Assembly (NCBI GenBank): GCA_950097015.1
Contig: CATNEN010000005.1
Span: 2,604,001-2,668,000 of the forward strand
Direction: 5' to 3'
DNA length: 64,000 bases
From: Macrostomum hystrix
Lineage: Eukaryota; Animalia; Platyhelminthes
The translations under genes and the position numbers were made by a program. Below, piece by piece: positions 1-12,000 of the stretch; position 1 is the first letter of the stretch, and every line of letters begins with the position of its first letter. A model generated the notes under the pieces. That model was not told the origin of the DNA. It worked only from the letters and a program-made list of their open reading frames with translations, and ran no database searches.

Positions 1-57
1 TTTGTCAACTTGAAAGTGCTTCTAGTTGACTTGACAGCCAATCAGTTTTGAGCTAAC

Positions 58-3000
58 CTTGCCGCACCAGATGAATATGGCCTGCCTAGAGACTAGTACA
101 AAAGTGTCATTCGAATTTAGTGAGGCCGACTCAGTTGGCACCTGTTCTGCTTTGGTATTTAGCGCGTTTGTGCCACGAATGCGTAACAGATAAGTCTCGC
201 CGACTGCTTGATCCTTTTCGTCCTTGCTCCAACCGGCTTTGCCGCCCTGAGCGGACAAGGAAGAATTGAGGGGGGAGAGAAGATTGGATTCTCAATGTAC
301 TCTCTGGTCTGGACCGTGGACGAAAAGGCCGAATCGATCTGCCAAAAAAGAATGTAAATTTCTTTTCTATCCCTCACTGAGGTAGCCTCAGCGGGGCGAG
401 TGAATCGCCTGATATGGATAGAGAGCGGTTATTTATTCAGCCTAGAATGTACATACGGACTGTAAATGTACATAGTATTTTTTCTAACCCCCAAATAGCC
501 ACCCCGTAGACTCAGCCCAGAATAAGCCTTGGAATTAGCCTCAATTATTAGAAAGTAGTTTTATAAGCGAACCGGGGATGAAACTTCGAATAAGCATTTT
601 TGTTATTGTATAGAAGACTTTGATTAAATAAAGTGATTTTCGCACATTTTAAATTAAATAATGGGGCGGCGTTTGATTGGCCTTGAATGTACATATTTAG
701 GGGACTGGGGATGTACAAAGACTTTTTCAATACATTTTCCCAAGCCGTTACAATGAATAAGGTAAGTTGTGCATTTTCCCGACAGCACATGCTTTATATA
801 GAAAAAAAATAAAAGGACTCACGTCGAAAACAATCATGCGACCTTTGAATAGGGCCAGAAAGTGCTGCGGCTCCTTGCCCTGTACAATTCGCACCTGTAC
901 AGCAGCACCGCCCAACTGATCATCCAGAGCCGTGGCATGCAGAGCAGATGCTCCGCGCTCGTCCAACGAAGACTTTCGACCCTGAAATTACATTAAAAAT
1001 CGGTGCATTATTGCATCATGAGTGGCTGTATGAGTGGTTAGATCGCCGAGTGAACTAACCTGCCAGAAGTACACAATATAGCGCTCGCTGCCAGTGTCCT
1101 TAACTGCGTAGGTGTACAAAATAACGTACGAATCGCCGCCATAGAACTGTCCGTAGAGCACTTTTTCCTGCGGCACCAGTTCCAGGTTTTCGATGCGCCA
1201 GATCTGAAGAAAGGGAGGGAGAAGGGAGAGATGGAACCTGAAGAATGGGAGGTAGAAAAAAAGAGAACTTGTCAGTTCATCACAAACCTGAACCTTCCCG
1301 CTGCCGTCGTCTACCATGCGTGTTTCGGCGGCTAGCTTCGGGCTCTGGTGCATTGTTGAAGCGTCGAACTGGGTTTGCACAGTTTTAGCTGAAGAAATCA
1401 GCAACTGTATTCATTTTTTGTTTATTACAACTGCCTCTTGGTTTGAGAAATTCTAAGCAATACCTAGATAGAGAATTGCTGCAACAGAACTCACCGATTC
1501 GATTAAGTGAGGCCACTTTGCCAGAGTAAAGCGGTGCTGGCCAAGTTTGAAACAGCTGCTTAAACTGAGTAGTCTCGCAGCCCTCGTTGACGCGAGTCAC
1601 CTGCACGTGGCTGGCGTGTTTGCCCAACTTTTCTACGAAACTCTGCGGGTTTTTGGGACGGTTGGAGGCGGTTTGCGGAGCTGTGGTAGAGCAGCTGAAG
1701 GATTCAACGCACTCTGAAAACATTATTTAAAGATCACAAACCAGTGCGTTTGTCATGGCTGCTCGCTTCTCATTTTTATTGCTCAACTTGCCGCACCAGA
1801 TCCACACTCCGTGATTGGCGTTGTCAATAATAAACACGTCCTGGAGTTGTTTTAATTTGATTGGTCGAGAAGTGCGTGAGTCATAGCTATTTTTAGAAAA
1901 TAATTATGACTAAAATAGAGCACGTGACTAGACCTAGCCAATAGAAATTCAGAAGGTAAATTTTAAATCAGCGCCGATTGTGCTACCGTCCTTCAACCAT
2001 AGACAAATATAAAAATGTACTGTCTGGCTCTCTTTACCTTAGAGTCCAACATAGTGTAGTGCAATGGGCCACTGCTGATCTCCATAACTCGAAGTGTGCC
2101 ACCTTCGTCTGAGCATCTGAAAGGGTTTTATTTAAGCGTCGAATAAATTAAACATTTAAACTATAATGACGTCACTAGCAAACTTGAAAAAGGCGGTAAA
2201 TGTAACAATTATTTCAATAAAATAGGTATTTAGTCATGCCCACAATCAAGGTTATAATGTAGTAAGCATGAACAACATTAGTAAATACGTGACATGCGCA
2301 TGGTGCATCGGGGTTAGTCTGCAGTTTCAATCTTAACCCTATAGGGAAAGATTAAATTTTATCCCTTGGGCAAGATAATTAATTCTCGTTTCCTTCATTT
2401 CACCCAGCTGTAAAACTGCGTACTGGGGTAGAATTAGCTGGGGTAACAAGGGTGGGTTTGGCGCCCCTTACCCCTATAGTCTATGGTCTGAACAGCAGTA
2501 CGTGCCCTTTAGATGTACACCAGACCCAACTGGGTAATGTGTAATTGCTCTACCATCTTCGAGTTATTTACAGTATCAAATATATAAATTAACGTTAACT
2601 AAGCACAGAAGCTACACAGCATTTCACAATGTTACAGCACAAGCATAAAACACTGCACTGTCCAATGGCGTTATTGCATATCCGCTAAAACTCTAATATT
2701 GGAAAGCCATCAAGAAGAACCACAAGCTGAAACATTAAAAAAGCCACATTAATTGGAAATTAATCTGCAATCCGTTGATACCGGAAGAGTCTAATGCTGA
2801 CTGCGCTGGCTCGCTCGAAATCCTCATCGTCGGCTACTGAGTTGGCGGCGAGGATATTTCTAGTCGACATAGCCAACAAGCCGGATGACTCAAATGCCTA
2901 GGATGAGTGTGTTTTTTTAAAGTGCATGCGCTTTACCCATAGAGCATTTCGTGCGCTTCAAAAGTACAAAGATTAGTACAAAATATGGACTTTTATAGAT

Positions 3001-6000
3001 CACATCTGGACTCAAGGGAATTTGGCTCTATTGACTCTAAGTCTGAAAATCTAGATTCTAGATCCATGAGTTCCATGTCTGCAATAACTAGATTCTAGAT
3101 CTAGAGTTCCATGTTTGCAATACCTAGATTCTAGATCTAGAGTTCCATGTCTGCAATAACTAGATTCTAGATCTAGAGTTCCATGTTTGTAATACCTAGA
3201 TTCTAGATCTAGAGTTCCATGTCTGCAATAACTAGATTCTAGATCTAGAGTTCCATGTTTGCAATACCTAGATTCTAGATCTAGAGTTCCATGTCTGCAA
3301 TAACTAGATTCTAGATCTAGAGTTCCATGTTTGCAATACCTAGATTCTAGATCTAGAGTTCCATGTTTGCAATAACTAGATTCTAGATCTAGAGTTCCAT
3401 GTTTGCAATACCTAGATTCTAGATCTAGACTTCCATGTTTGCAATACCTAGATTCTAGATCTAGAGTTCCAAGTTTGCAATACCTAGATTCTAGATCTAG
3501 AGTTCCATGTTTGCAATACATAGATTCTAGATCTAGACTTCCATGTTTGCAATACCTAGATTCTAGATCTAGAGTTCCAAGTTTGCAATACCTAGATTCT
3601 AGATCTAGAGTTCCATGTTTGCAATAACTAGATTCTAGATCTAGAGTTCCATGTTTGCAATAACTAGATTCTAGATCTAGAGTTCCATGTCTGCAATACC
3701 TAGATTCTAGATCTAGAGTTCCATGTCTGCAATAACTAGATTCTAGATCTAGAGTTCCATGTCTGCAATACCTAGATTCTAGATCTAGAGTTCCATGTCT
3801 GCAATAACTAGATTCTAGATCTAGACTTCCATGTTTGCAATACCTAGATTCTAGATCTAGAGTTCCAAGTTTGCAATACCTAGATTCTAGATCTAGAGTT
3901 CCATGTCTGCAACAACTAGATTCTAGATCTAGAGTTCCATGTCTGCAATAACTAGATTCTAGATCTAGACTTCCATGTTTGCAATACCTAGATTCTAGAT
4001 CTAGAGTTCCATGTCTGCAATACCTAGATTCTAGATCTAGAGTTCCATGTCTGCAATACCTAGATTCTAGATCTAGAGTTCCATGTCTGCAATAACTAGA
4101 TTCTAGATCTAGAGTTCCATGTCTGCAATACCTAGATTCTAGATCTAGAGTTCCATGTCTGCAATACCTAGATTCTAGATCTAGAGTTCCATGTCTGCAA
4201 TAACTAGATTCTAGATCTAGAGTTCCATGTCTGCAATAACTAGATTCTAGATCTAGAGTTCCATGTCTGCAATAACTAGATTCTAGATCTAGACTTCCAT
4301 GTTTGCAATACCTAGATTCTAGATCTAGACTTTCATGTTTGCAATAACTAGATTCTAGATCTAGAGTTCCATGTTTGCAATACCTAGATTCTAGATCTAG
4401 AGTTCCATGTTTGCAATAACTAGATTCTAGATCTAGACTTCCATGTTTGCAATACCTAAATTCTAGATCTAGACTTCCATGTTTGCAATAACCAATTTTA
4501 ATATTTGTGCGAAGAATTGATAAATAAAAAAATAATAATAATTCAACCAGAACCGAGAAAAAGCCACGATGCAATTTAGTGCTCGATGATGACAATAAGA
4601 AAGTGAAAAGAACTTGCAAACACAAAACTCAGCTTTGCCTGCTCCATTAATGACACTGTGCTCATTGTGTGAGTAGACGCGCTGTCTTTGAATAACGAGA
4701 ACAAATTGTGACACCTCTTTGCCAAGTACAAATAAAACTTGCCAACACAGTTCTGCCGTCATATACCAAGGAAAGGAAATATACCTGCCATATTTTCCTG
4801 TCCACTAGCCTGTCTGTCTGTCCACCAGGATGTCTGTCTGTCCACTAGCCTGTCTGTCTGTCCACCAGGATGTCTGTCTGTCTGTCCACTAAAGGATGTC
4901 TGTCTGTCCACTAGCCTGTCTGTCTATCCACTAGCCTGTCTGTCTGTCTACCAGGATGTCTGTCTGTCCACTAGCCTGTCTGTCTGTCCACTAGGATGTC
5001 TGTCTGTCCACTAGCCTGTCTATCTGTCAGTCCACTAAAGAATGTCTGTCAGTCCACTAGCCTGTCTGTCTGTCCACCAGGATGTCTGTCTGTCCACTAG
5101 CCTGTCTGTCTGTCCACCAGGATGTCTGTCTGTCCACTAAAAGATGTCTGTCTGTCCACTAGCCTGCCTGTCTGCCTCCATGGCAGCCGCCGTAATACCT
5201 GTACAGGTGCAAGCTAGAGGCCTGGCTACGCTCAAAGGCTTCATCTGAGGTGTCAGTCTGGGCGGCGTCAATACTGATTGCGGCCAAGTCAAGCTGACCG
5301 TCGCATTCCCACCGCTGCAAAATTCGTTTTCAGGTGGATAATTCAGCAAAGTGTACGAGCGTATAGGGTCGTCGGACAGTGTGTTCACCTGTTAGACAGT
5401 GTGTTCACCTGTTAGACAGTGTGTTCACCTGTTAGACAGTGTGTTCACCTGTTAGACAGTGTGTTCACCTGCTAGACAGTTTGTTCACCTGTTAGACAGT
5501 GTGTTCACCTGTTAGACAGTGTGTTCACCTGTTAGACAGTGTGCTCACCTGTTAGACAGTGTGTTCACCTGTTAGACAGTGTGTTCACCTGTTAGACAGG
5601 CTATTAAACAGGCTAGATGTTTTATATAGACTAGCAATCACAGAAAATGACATTTTCAATTAAGATAGGAGCTTTGGTAAAGCTTTACAGTTTGGTAAAG
5701 CTAAAATTTCAAAAAAGTGAAAAAAGTGATTGCCTGCCTTAGTGACATTCAGAAATTAACAGATCAGAATTTTCATTAAAAAAAGAAAACGAAAAAACGA
5801 AAAAAACACAAAATTGTATTTGTAACGAATTTTATTGCCACTTAATTAAATGGAGCAAATTTAGTTTCAAAGCAACAGCGCATAACTAAAAAGCCAACTA
5901 ATTTCCTGCAGTTTTAATTGACAAAAATCTGCCTGTATTTGCCAAGGCGTTAATTAATTAACCCAACCTGTGATTTGTTCGCTTCAGTAGATTATTTAAT

Positions 6001-9000
6001 TTACTATTGGAGTACGTCAAATGATTGGGGCGAAAAAGGAATATTAATTATAAAAAAACCATGTCTACCTACTATTTTACCTGCCTACCTGCCTACCATT
6101 TTACCTGCCTACCTGTCTACTATTTTACCTGCCTACCTGCCTACCATTTTACCTGCCTACCTGTCTACTATTTTATCTGCCTACCTGTCTACTATTTTAC
6201 CTGCCTACCTGTCTACTATTTTACCTGCCTACCTGCCTACCATTTTACCTGCCTACCTGCCTACCATTTTACCTGCCTACCTGTCTACTATTTTACCTGC
6301 CTACCTGTCTACTATTTTACCTGCCTACCTGTCTACTATTTTACCTGCCTACCTGTCTACTATTTTACCTGACTACCTGTCTACTATTTTGCCTGCCTAC
6401 CGTCTATCAATCTATCTACCTGTTTACCTACCTACCTGTCTACCAGCCAACCTGTCTACCAGGGGGTCGATGGCGGAGCGGTTATCGCGTTTGCCTCTCG
6501 CACCAAGGTCCCTAAGTTCGATTCCACGGCGAGGCCACATTATTATTTGGGGCGCAGCCGAGGAGAGAAGGCTTGGGGGCTTGTCGTGCAATTTACGCCC
6601 TTAAGGGCCAACCTCCAAGGCACAGTGAGAGTGTACACTGCCTGACGATGAGAAAGTCAGGGCAGATGTACACACCTGTGTGAGCGTATGCCTGCGTACA
6701 GTATCTGTGTGCGTGTGTGCTCAGGAGTCAGCGAAATGGGCAGAATTGCCTCCTCGCTGGCTGCGGGTCTAGTGTCACCAAATTATGTGCCATTGCCCGC
6801 AGCCTTCCTGCAATTATTATTACTATTAACCTGTCTACCAGCCTAACTTTCTCTGTCTACGTACCTATTGTCCAACTCTTTCTCGTATTTACCTATTTAC
6901 CTTATCTACCCGTATCCCTTCAAGACATCAAGCGAACGCGGCACTGTATCCTAAAGCAGCCCCGAATCTGATCTCACCTCCTTCTGTTCGCCGCTGAGTC
7001 CGACCTCCTCGCCCTCCTCCAGCACCAGCAGCTCAGCCGTGGATCGCTCGTCTCGAAGGCTGCGCGCCATCTCCATAGCTTTGAGTCTCTCTCGCCTGCT
7101 GGACTGCGCCCCGTTCCACACAAATATTAGCCGGCCCTGGTCGTTGATAAACACGTCACCGGAGTTGATTGAGGACCATTCGATTGGCACCTATGGGAGA
7201 TGATTGTTCGGGTTAAGGATTTTTATATTTTCATTTTTAAGAGATTTTTCATTTCGAGAATAAGATTAGAGTGAGAGGGATAAAGGAGTAGTGGGAGAGG
7301 GAGAGTCATGTAGAGTGAGAGGGATAGAGAAGTAGAGTGAGAGGGATAGAGAAGTAGAAGGAGAGGGAGAGAGAAGTAGAAGGAGAGGGATAGAGAAGTA
7401 GAAGGAGAGGGAGAGAGAAGTAGAGTGAGAGGGATAAAGGAGTAGATTGAGAGGAAGAGAGAAGTAGAGTGACAGGGAGAGAGAAGTAGAGTGACAGGGA
7501 GAGAGAAGTAGAGTGAGAGGGATAGAGAAGTAGAGTGACAGAGATAGAGAAGTATAGTGAGAGGGAGAGAGAAGTGAATTGGGAGGGAGAGAGAATAAGG
7601 GCAGACGATTATGAATACAAATGTTCAATACTTGAAAGTTACAATTTAGGTTAAAATGCGACAAGCCTAAACAAAATTAGGTTTCTATTGTTAATCTATA
7701 ATCCATTATGATTAAATCCAGCTAGATCCAGTGGAAAAAGCCAAGAAAATCTCTATGCAGAAATGCTTATAGTTAGCTATTGATTGGGACGATTTGGTGA
7801 ATAAGACAATATAGATCGACTATTGGTAAGTTAAGCAATTGTACAGGGCATGCAGACTGCACTTTTGGTTCGTGAGAAATTGACAGAAATATAGTTATTA
7901 AAGATAGTGAAATTAAAAATTATTTCGCCATAAAGAACTGCCAGTGGCTGATATGTCTCCGACTAGCTGTTTGATTTCAAAGAGTGGGACAAAAGCTGAT
8001 GCTATTTTTAGAAACACGAGCTAGTGTTATGGATTTATGCAGTAGCTCAAAGTATCATATTTCGCGCGGTCTACTGCAAAGTGATTTAGCCAATTTATAT
8101 AACTGCGAATATTGTCACTGAAGATTTCTGCAATGAAGAATCAACTTTTCTTTTTCTTCTTTTTTACCTAATTAGGCTACCTATATTTTTTAACTTTCAA
8201 ATCGTTGCACAAAAATAAAATTGTGAAAGTCCCAGCTAAATAATTTATTTTATTATCGCTAACAATCTCTCCATTGAAATCCCATCTATTCGTTGAGATC
8301 CCATTTCCCTCTTGTAATCCCATCTCTTCATTGAGATCCCATCTCTCTCTTGTAATCCCATCTCTTTACTGAGATCCCATCTCTCTCTTGTAATCCCATC
8401 TATTCACTTAGATCCGATCTCTCTTGTAATCCCATCTCTTCATTGAGATCCCATCTCTCTCTTGTAATCCCATCTATTACTTAGATCCGATCTCTCTTGT
8501 AATCCCATCTCTTCATTGAGATCCCATCTCTCTCTTGTAATCCCATCTCTTCGTTGAGATCCCATCTCTCTCTTGTAATCCCATCTCTTCATTGAGATCC
8601 CATCTCTCTCTTGTAATCCCATCTCTTCGTTGAGATCCCATCTCTCTCTTGTAATCCCATCTATTACTTAGATCCGATCTCTCTTGTAATCCCATCTCTT
8701 TATTGAGATCCCATCTCTCTCTTGTAATCCCATCTATTCATTGAGATCCCATCTTTCTCTTGTAATCCCATCTCTTTATTGAGATCCCATCTCTCTCTTG
8801 TAATCCCATCTCTTTATTGAGATCCGATCTCTCTTGTAATCCCATCTATTCATTGAGATCCCATCTTTCTCTTGTAATCCCATCTCTTTATTGAGATCCC
8901 ATCTCTCTCTTGTAATCCCATCTATTCATTGAGATCCCATCTTTCTCTTGTAATCCCATCTCTTTATTGAGATCCCATCTCTCTCTTGTAATCCCATCTA

Positions 9001-12000
9001 TTCACTTAGATCCGATCTCTCTTGTAATCCCATCTATTTATTGAGAACCCATGTCTCTCTTGTAATCCCATCTCTTAATTGAGATCCCATCTCTCTCTTG
9101 TAATCCCATCTCTTCATTGAGATCCCATCTCTTCATTGAGATCCCATCTCTTCATTGTGATCCCATCAAGTCACTGAGATCCCGTCTATTAACTGTTATC
9201 CCATCGTTTCATGATTGGGATCCCATTATTTCATCCCACGTTAGTTATGTAGTAAATATAAAATGTTGTTTTTAATCTGATTGACTAAACAAGCACTGTC
9301 AATCATTAGAACAAAGAGAAGTTATTTTCCCCTATTCAATTTTTCTACATAGCTCGTATATCTACCCAATCAGGTCAAGCTGATTCACCGAAAATTTGCA
9401 CACACTAAATTTAACTCTATTCTCAGACTGAGGTTAAGCAAATAGCCAGACACTCATAACCTCCCCACGGAGCAATGACATGCCATGCAGAAGTAAAAAT
9501 AATGAACGAATATGGGTATATAAAGCAAATAAATGGGTTTGAACAAAGTGTGCTCCCAAATGGGTTGAAAATATATTTAAAAGGAAAGGGATCAGAATGT
9601 GTAACTGGGGTGTAGAAGACAGTGGGTAAGAAGACAGTGGGTAAGAAGACAGAGGGTAAGAAGACAATGGGTAAGAAGACAGTGGGTAAGAAGACAGAGG
9701 GTAAGAAGACAGAGAGGGGAAGAAGACAGAGAGGGGAAGAAGACAGAGAGGGGAAGAAGACAGAGAGGGGAAGAAGACAGAGGGTAAGAAGATAGTGGGT
9801 AAGAAGACAGAGGGTAAGAAGACAGAGAGGGGAAGAAGACAGAGAGGGGAAGAAGACAGAGGGTAAGAAGACAGAGAGGGGAAGAAGACAGAGAGGGGAA
9901 GAAGACAGAGAGGGGAAGAAGACAGAGAGGGGAAGAAGACAGAGAGGGGAAGAAGACAGAGAGGGGAAGAAGACAGAGAGGGGAAGAAGACAGAGAGGGG
10001 AAGAAGACAGAGAGGGGAAGAAGACAGAGAGGGGAAGAAGACAGAGAGGGGAAGAAGACAGAGAGGGGAAGAAGACAGAGAGGGGAAGAAGACAGAGGGT
10101 AAGAAGATAGTGGGTAAGAAGACAGAGGGTAAGAAGACAATGGATAATAAGACAGAGAGAGGAAGAAGACAGAGAGGGGAAGAAGACAGAGGGTAAGAAG
10201 ATAGTGGGTAAGAAGACAGAGGGTAAGAAGACAATGGATAATAAGACAGAGAGGGGAAGAAGACAGGGAGGGTAGGAATACAAACGTAAATGATGTAAGT
10301 TGAGCAGAAAAAAAGCAAAAAGTAAATGATCTTCAGCGCAACAGACCTGGCGGCACCTGGGGCTTCGTTTGCCCTTGACCTGGTAGAGCTTGGGCTCGTG
10401 ACTGCTCCTGTCGACGTGGCTAAGTCCTGACTTGACTCCGCCCTCATTGTACTTGATGCCCTTCTTGAAATAGGACAGAAACGCCAGGCTCTCGTTGCCT
10501 TCAACTTCGCGATGTTGAACCGGGGCGCCGCCGCACAGATCGTCCAGTTCGACTGTTTTGAAAGCGGCAATTGTGGATTCGTCCTGCGAACAGCCGGAAC
10601 CGAGCCAGAAGTGCACGTGTTGCTCGAGTCGACCTTTGGTCTCCAAGCAGCTGTAGACAATGTAGGCGTCACCGCGATAGAAATTTCCCCACTGAGGCTT
10701 GGGAACAGCGACTACCTTCATGTCCTGTTAATGAGGATTGATGATTAGCACCTGTAGATTGTTAATCCCAACTCCAATCTAATCAGGTAGATTGTCAAGT
10801 CCAATCTAATCTAATCAGGTCGATTGTCAATTCCAACCCCAATCTAATCAGGTAGATTGTCAATTCCAACCCCAATCTAATCAGGTAGATTGTCAAGTCC
10901 AATCCAATCTAATCAGGTAGATTGTCAATTCCAATCCAATCTAATCAGGTAGATTTTCGATTCCAACCCCAATCTAATCAGGTAGATTGTCAATTCCAAC
11001 CCCAATCTAATCAGGTAGATTGTCAATTCTAACCCAATCTAATCAGGTGGAGTGAGGTGAGAGGTAGAAATAGGTGAGAGGTAGAATGAGGTGAGAGGTA
11101 GAATGAGGTGAGAGGTAGAATGAGGTGAGAGGTAGAATGATGTGAGAGGTAGAGCGAGGTGAGAGGTAGAGCGAGGTGAGAGGTAGAATGAGGTGAGAGG
11201 TAGAATGAGGTGAGAGGTAGAATGAGGTGAGAGGTAGAATGAGGTGAGAGGTAGAATGAGGTGAGAGGTAGAATGATGTGAGAGGTAGAGCGAGGTGAGA
11301 GGTAGAGCGAGGTGAGAGGTAGAATGAGGTGAGAGGTAGAATGATGTGAGAGGTAGAATGATGTGAGAGGTAGAGCGAGGTGAGAGGTAGAGCGAGGTGA
11401 GAGGTAGAATGAGGTGAGAGGTAGAATGAGGTGAGAGGTAGAATGAGGTGAGAGGTAGAGTGAAGTAGAAAGTTTGTGAATTGATAAATAGAATGGAATG
11501 TAACATTAGATATGGAATTTTTCTAAACCCTAAAATGTCGGTCAAGGGATATTGATTCCCCAGTAACTAAATAACTCAGTAGACTCAAATGGATCAGTAT
11601 AGAAGACAAAGACACTATCAGCCAGGCTTTCGAGGCTGTAACAAATGATTCTATAATTATGAAATGTACTTTTCAACATGATTCCCGTTTCGGCTCCACC
11701 CAAAAATTGTGGAGCACGATCATGGCGACGAGAGTTAGGAGGCTGTGCATCGTATCGGGGTCATCCTTAACTGGGTGTGGCTGTTCAATCGATGCAGTAT
11801 TTACTCTCGTTAATTATGCACCACCTGCGTTTCATTTTCTAGCCCAAACAGAAGAAGAGAACATACTACTATGATTCACTCATGTACTCTATTAGTGTAA
11901 ATTGCTATAAAGAAGAGGTTGTAGCCTAGTGGTTAGGGCGTCGGACTAACGACTTGAAGGTCGGGGGTTCGATTCCCGACTCCACTGAAACAATTTGTGT

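Noticed and set aside
3051-4625. 524-aa Cys/His-rich repeat ORF ([12 protein letters not shown])
   Set aside because: 36-bp minisatellite in villin intron 3; not a zinc-finger pattern, and exons 3 and 4 splice correctly without it.
5137-5388. 83-aa ORF as an additional villin exon
   Set aside because: No gelsolin-repeat similarity, and the 190-nt candidate exon is out of phase with exon 4.
6642-6655. Hammerhead-like CTGACGA..GAAA in SINE A (also CTGAGGA at 47744, CTGATGA at 22758 and 22934)
   Set aside because: Only 3 nt separate the core halves at 6642, so no stem II can form, and the segment is a simple hairpin. 47744 has no following GAAA. 22758 and 22934 are antisense to kinase coding exons and lack stems I/III.
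6748-6761. GCCTCCTCGCTGGC matches the P3/L3 segment of the genomic HDV ribozyme as I recall it
   Set aside because: No upstream P1 partner, no GG for P1.1 and no downstream J4/2-P2. The motif is not conserved in SINE B and is explained by the alternative hairpin.
11915-11985. Possible tRNA genes (also 6463-6525 and the nine array heads)
   Set aside because: A and B boxes are present, but the acceptor, D and anticodon stems do not form a proper cloverleaf. Each continues into a SINE body with tail and TSD.
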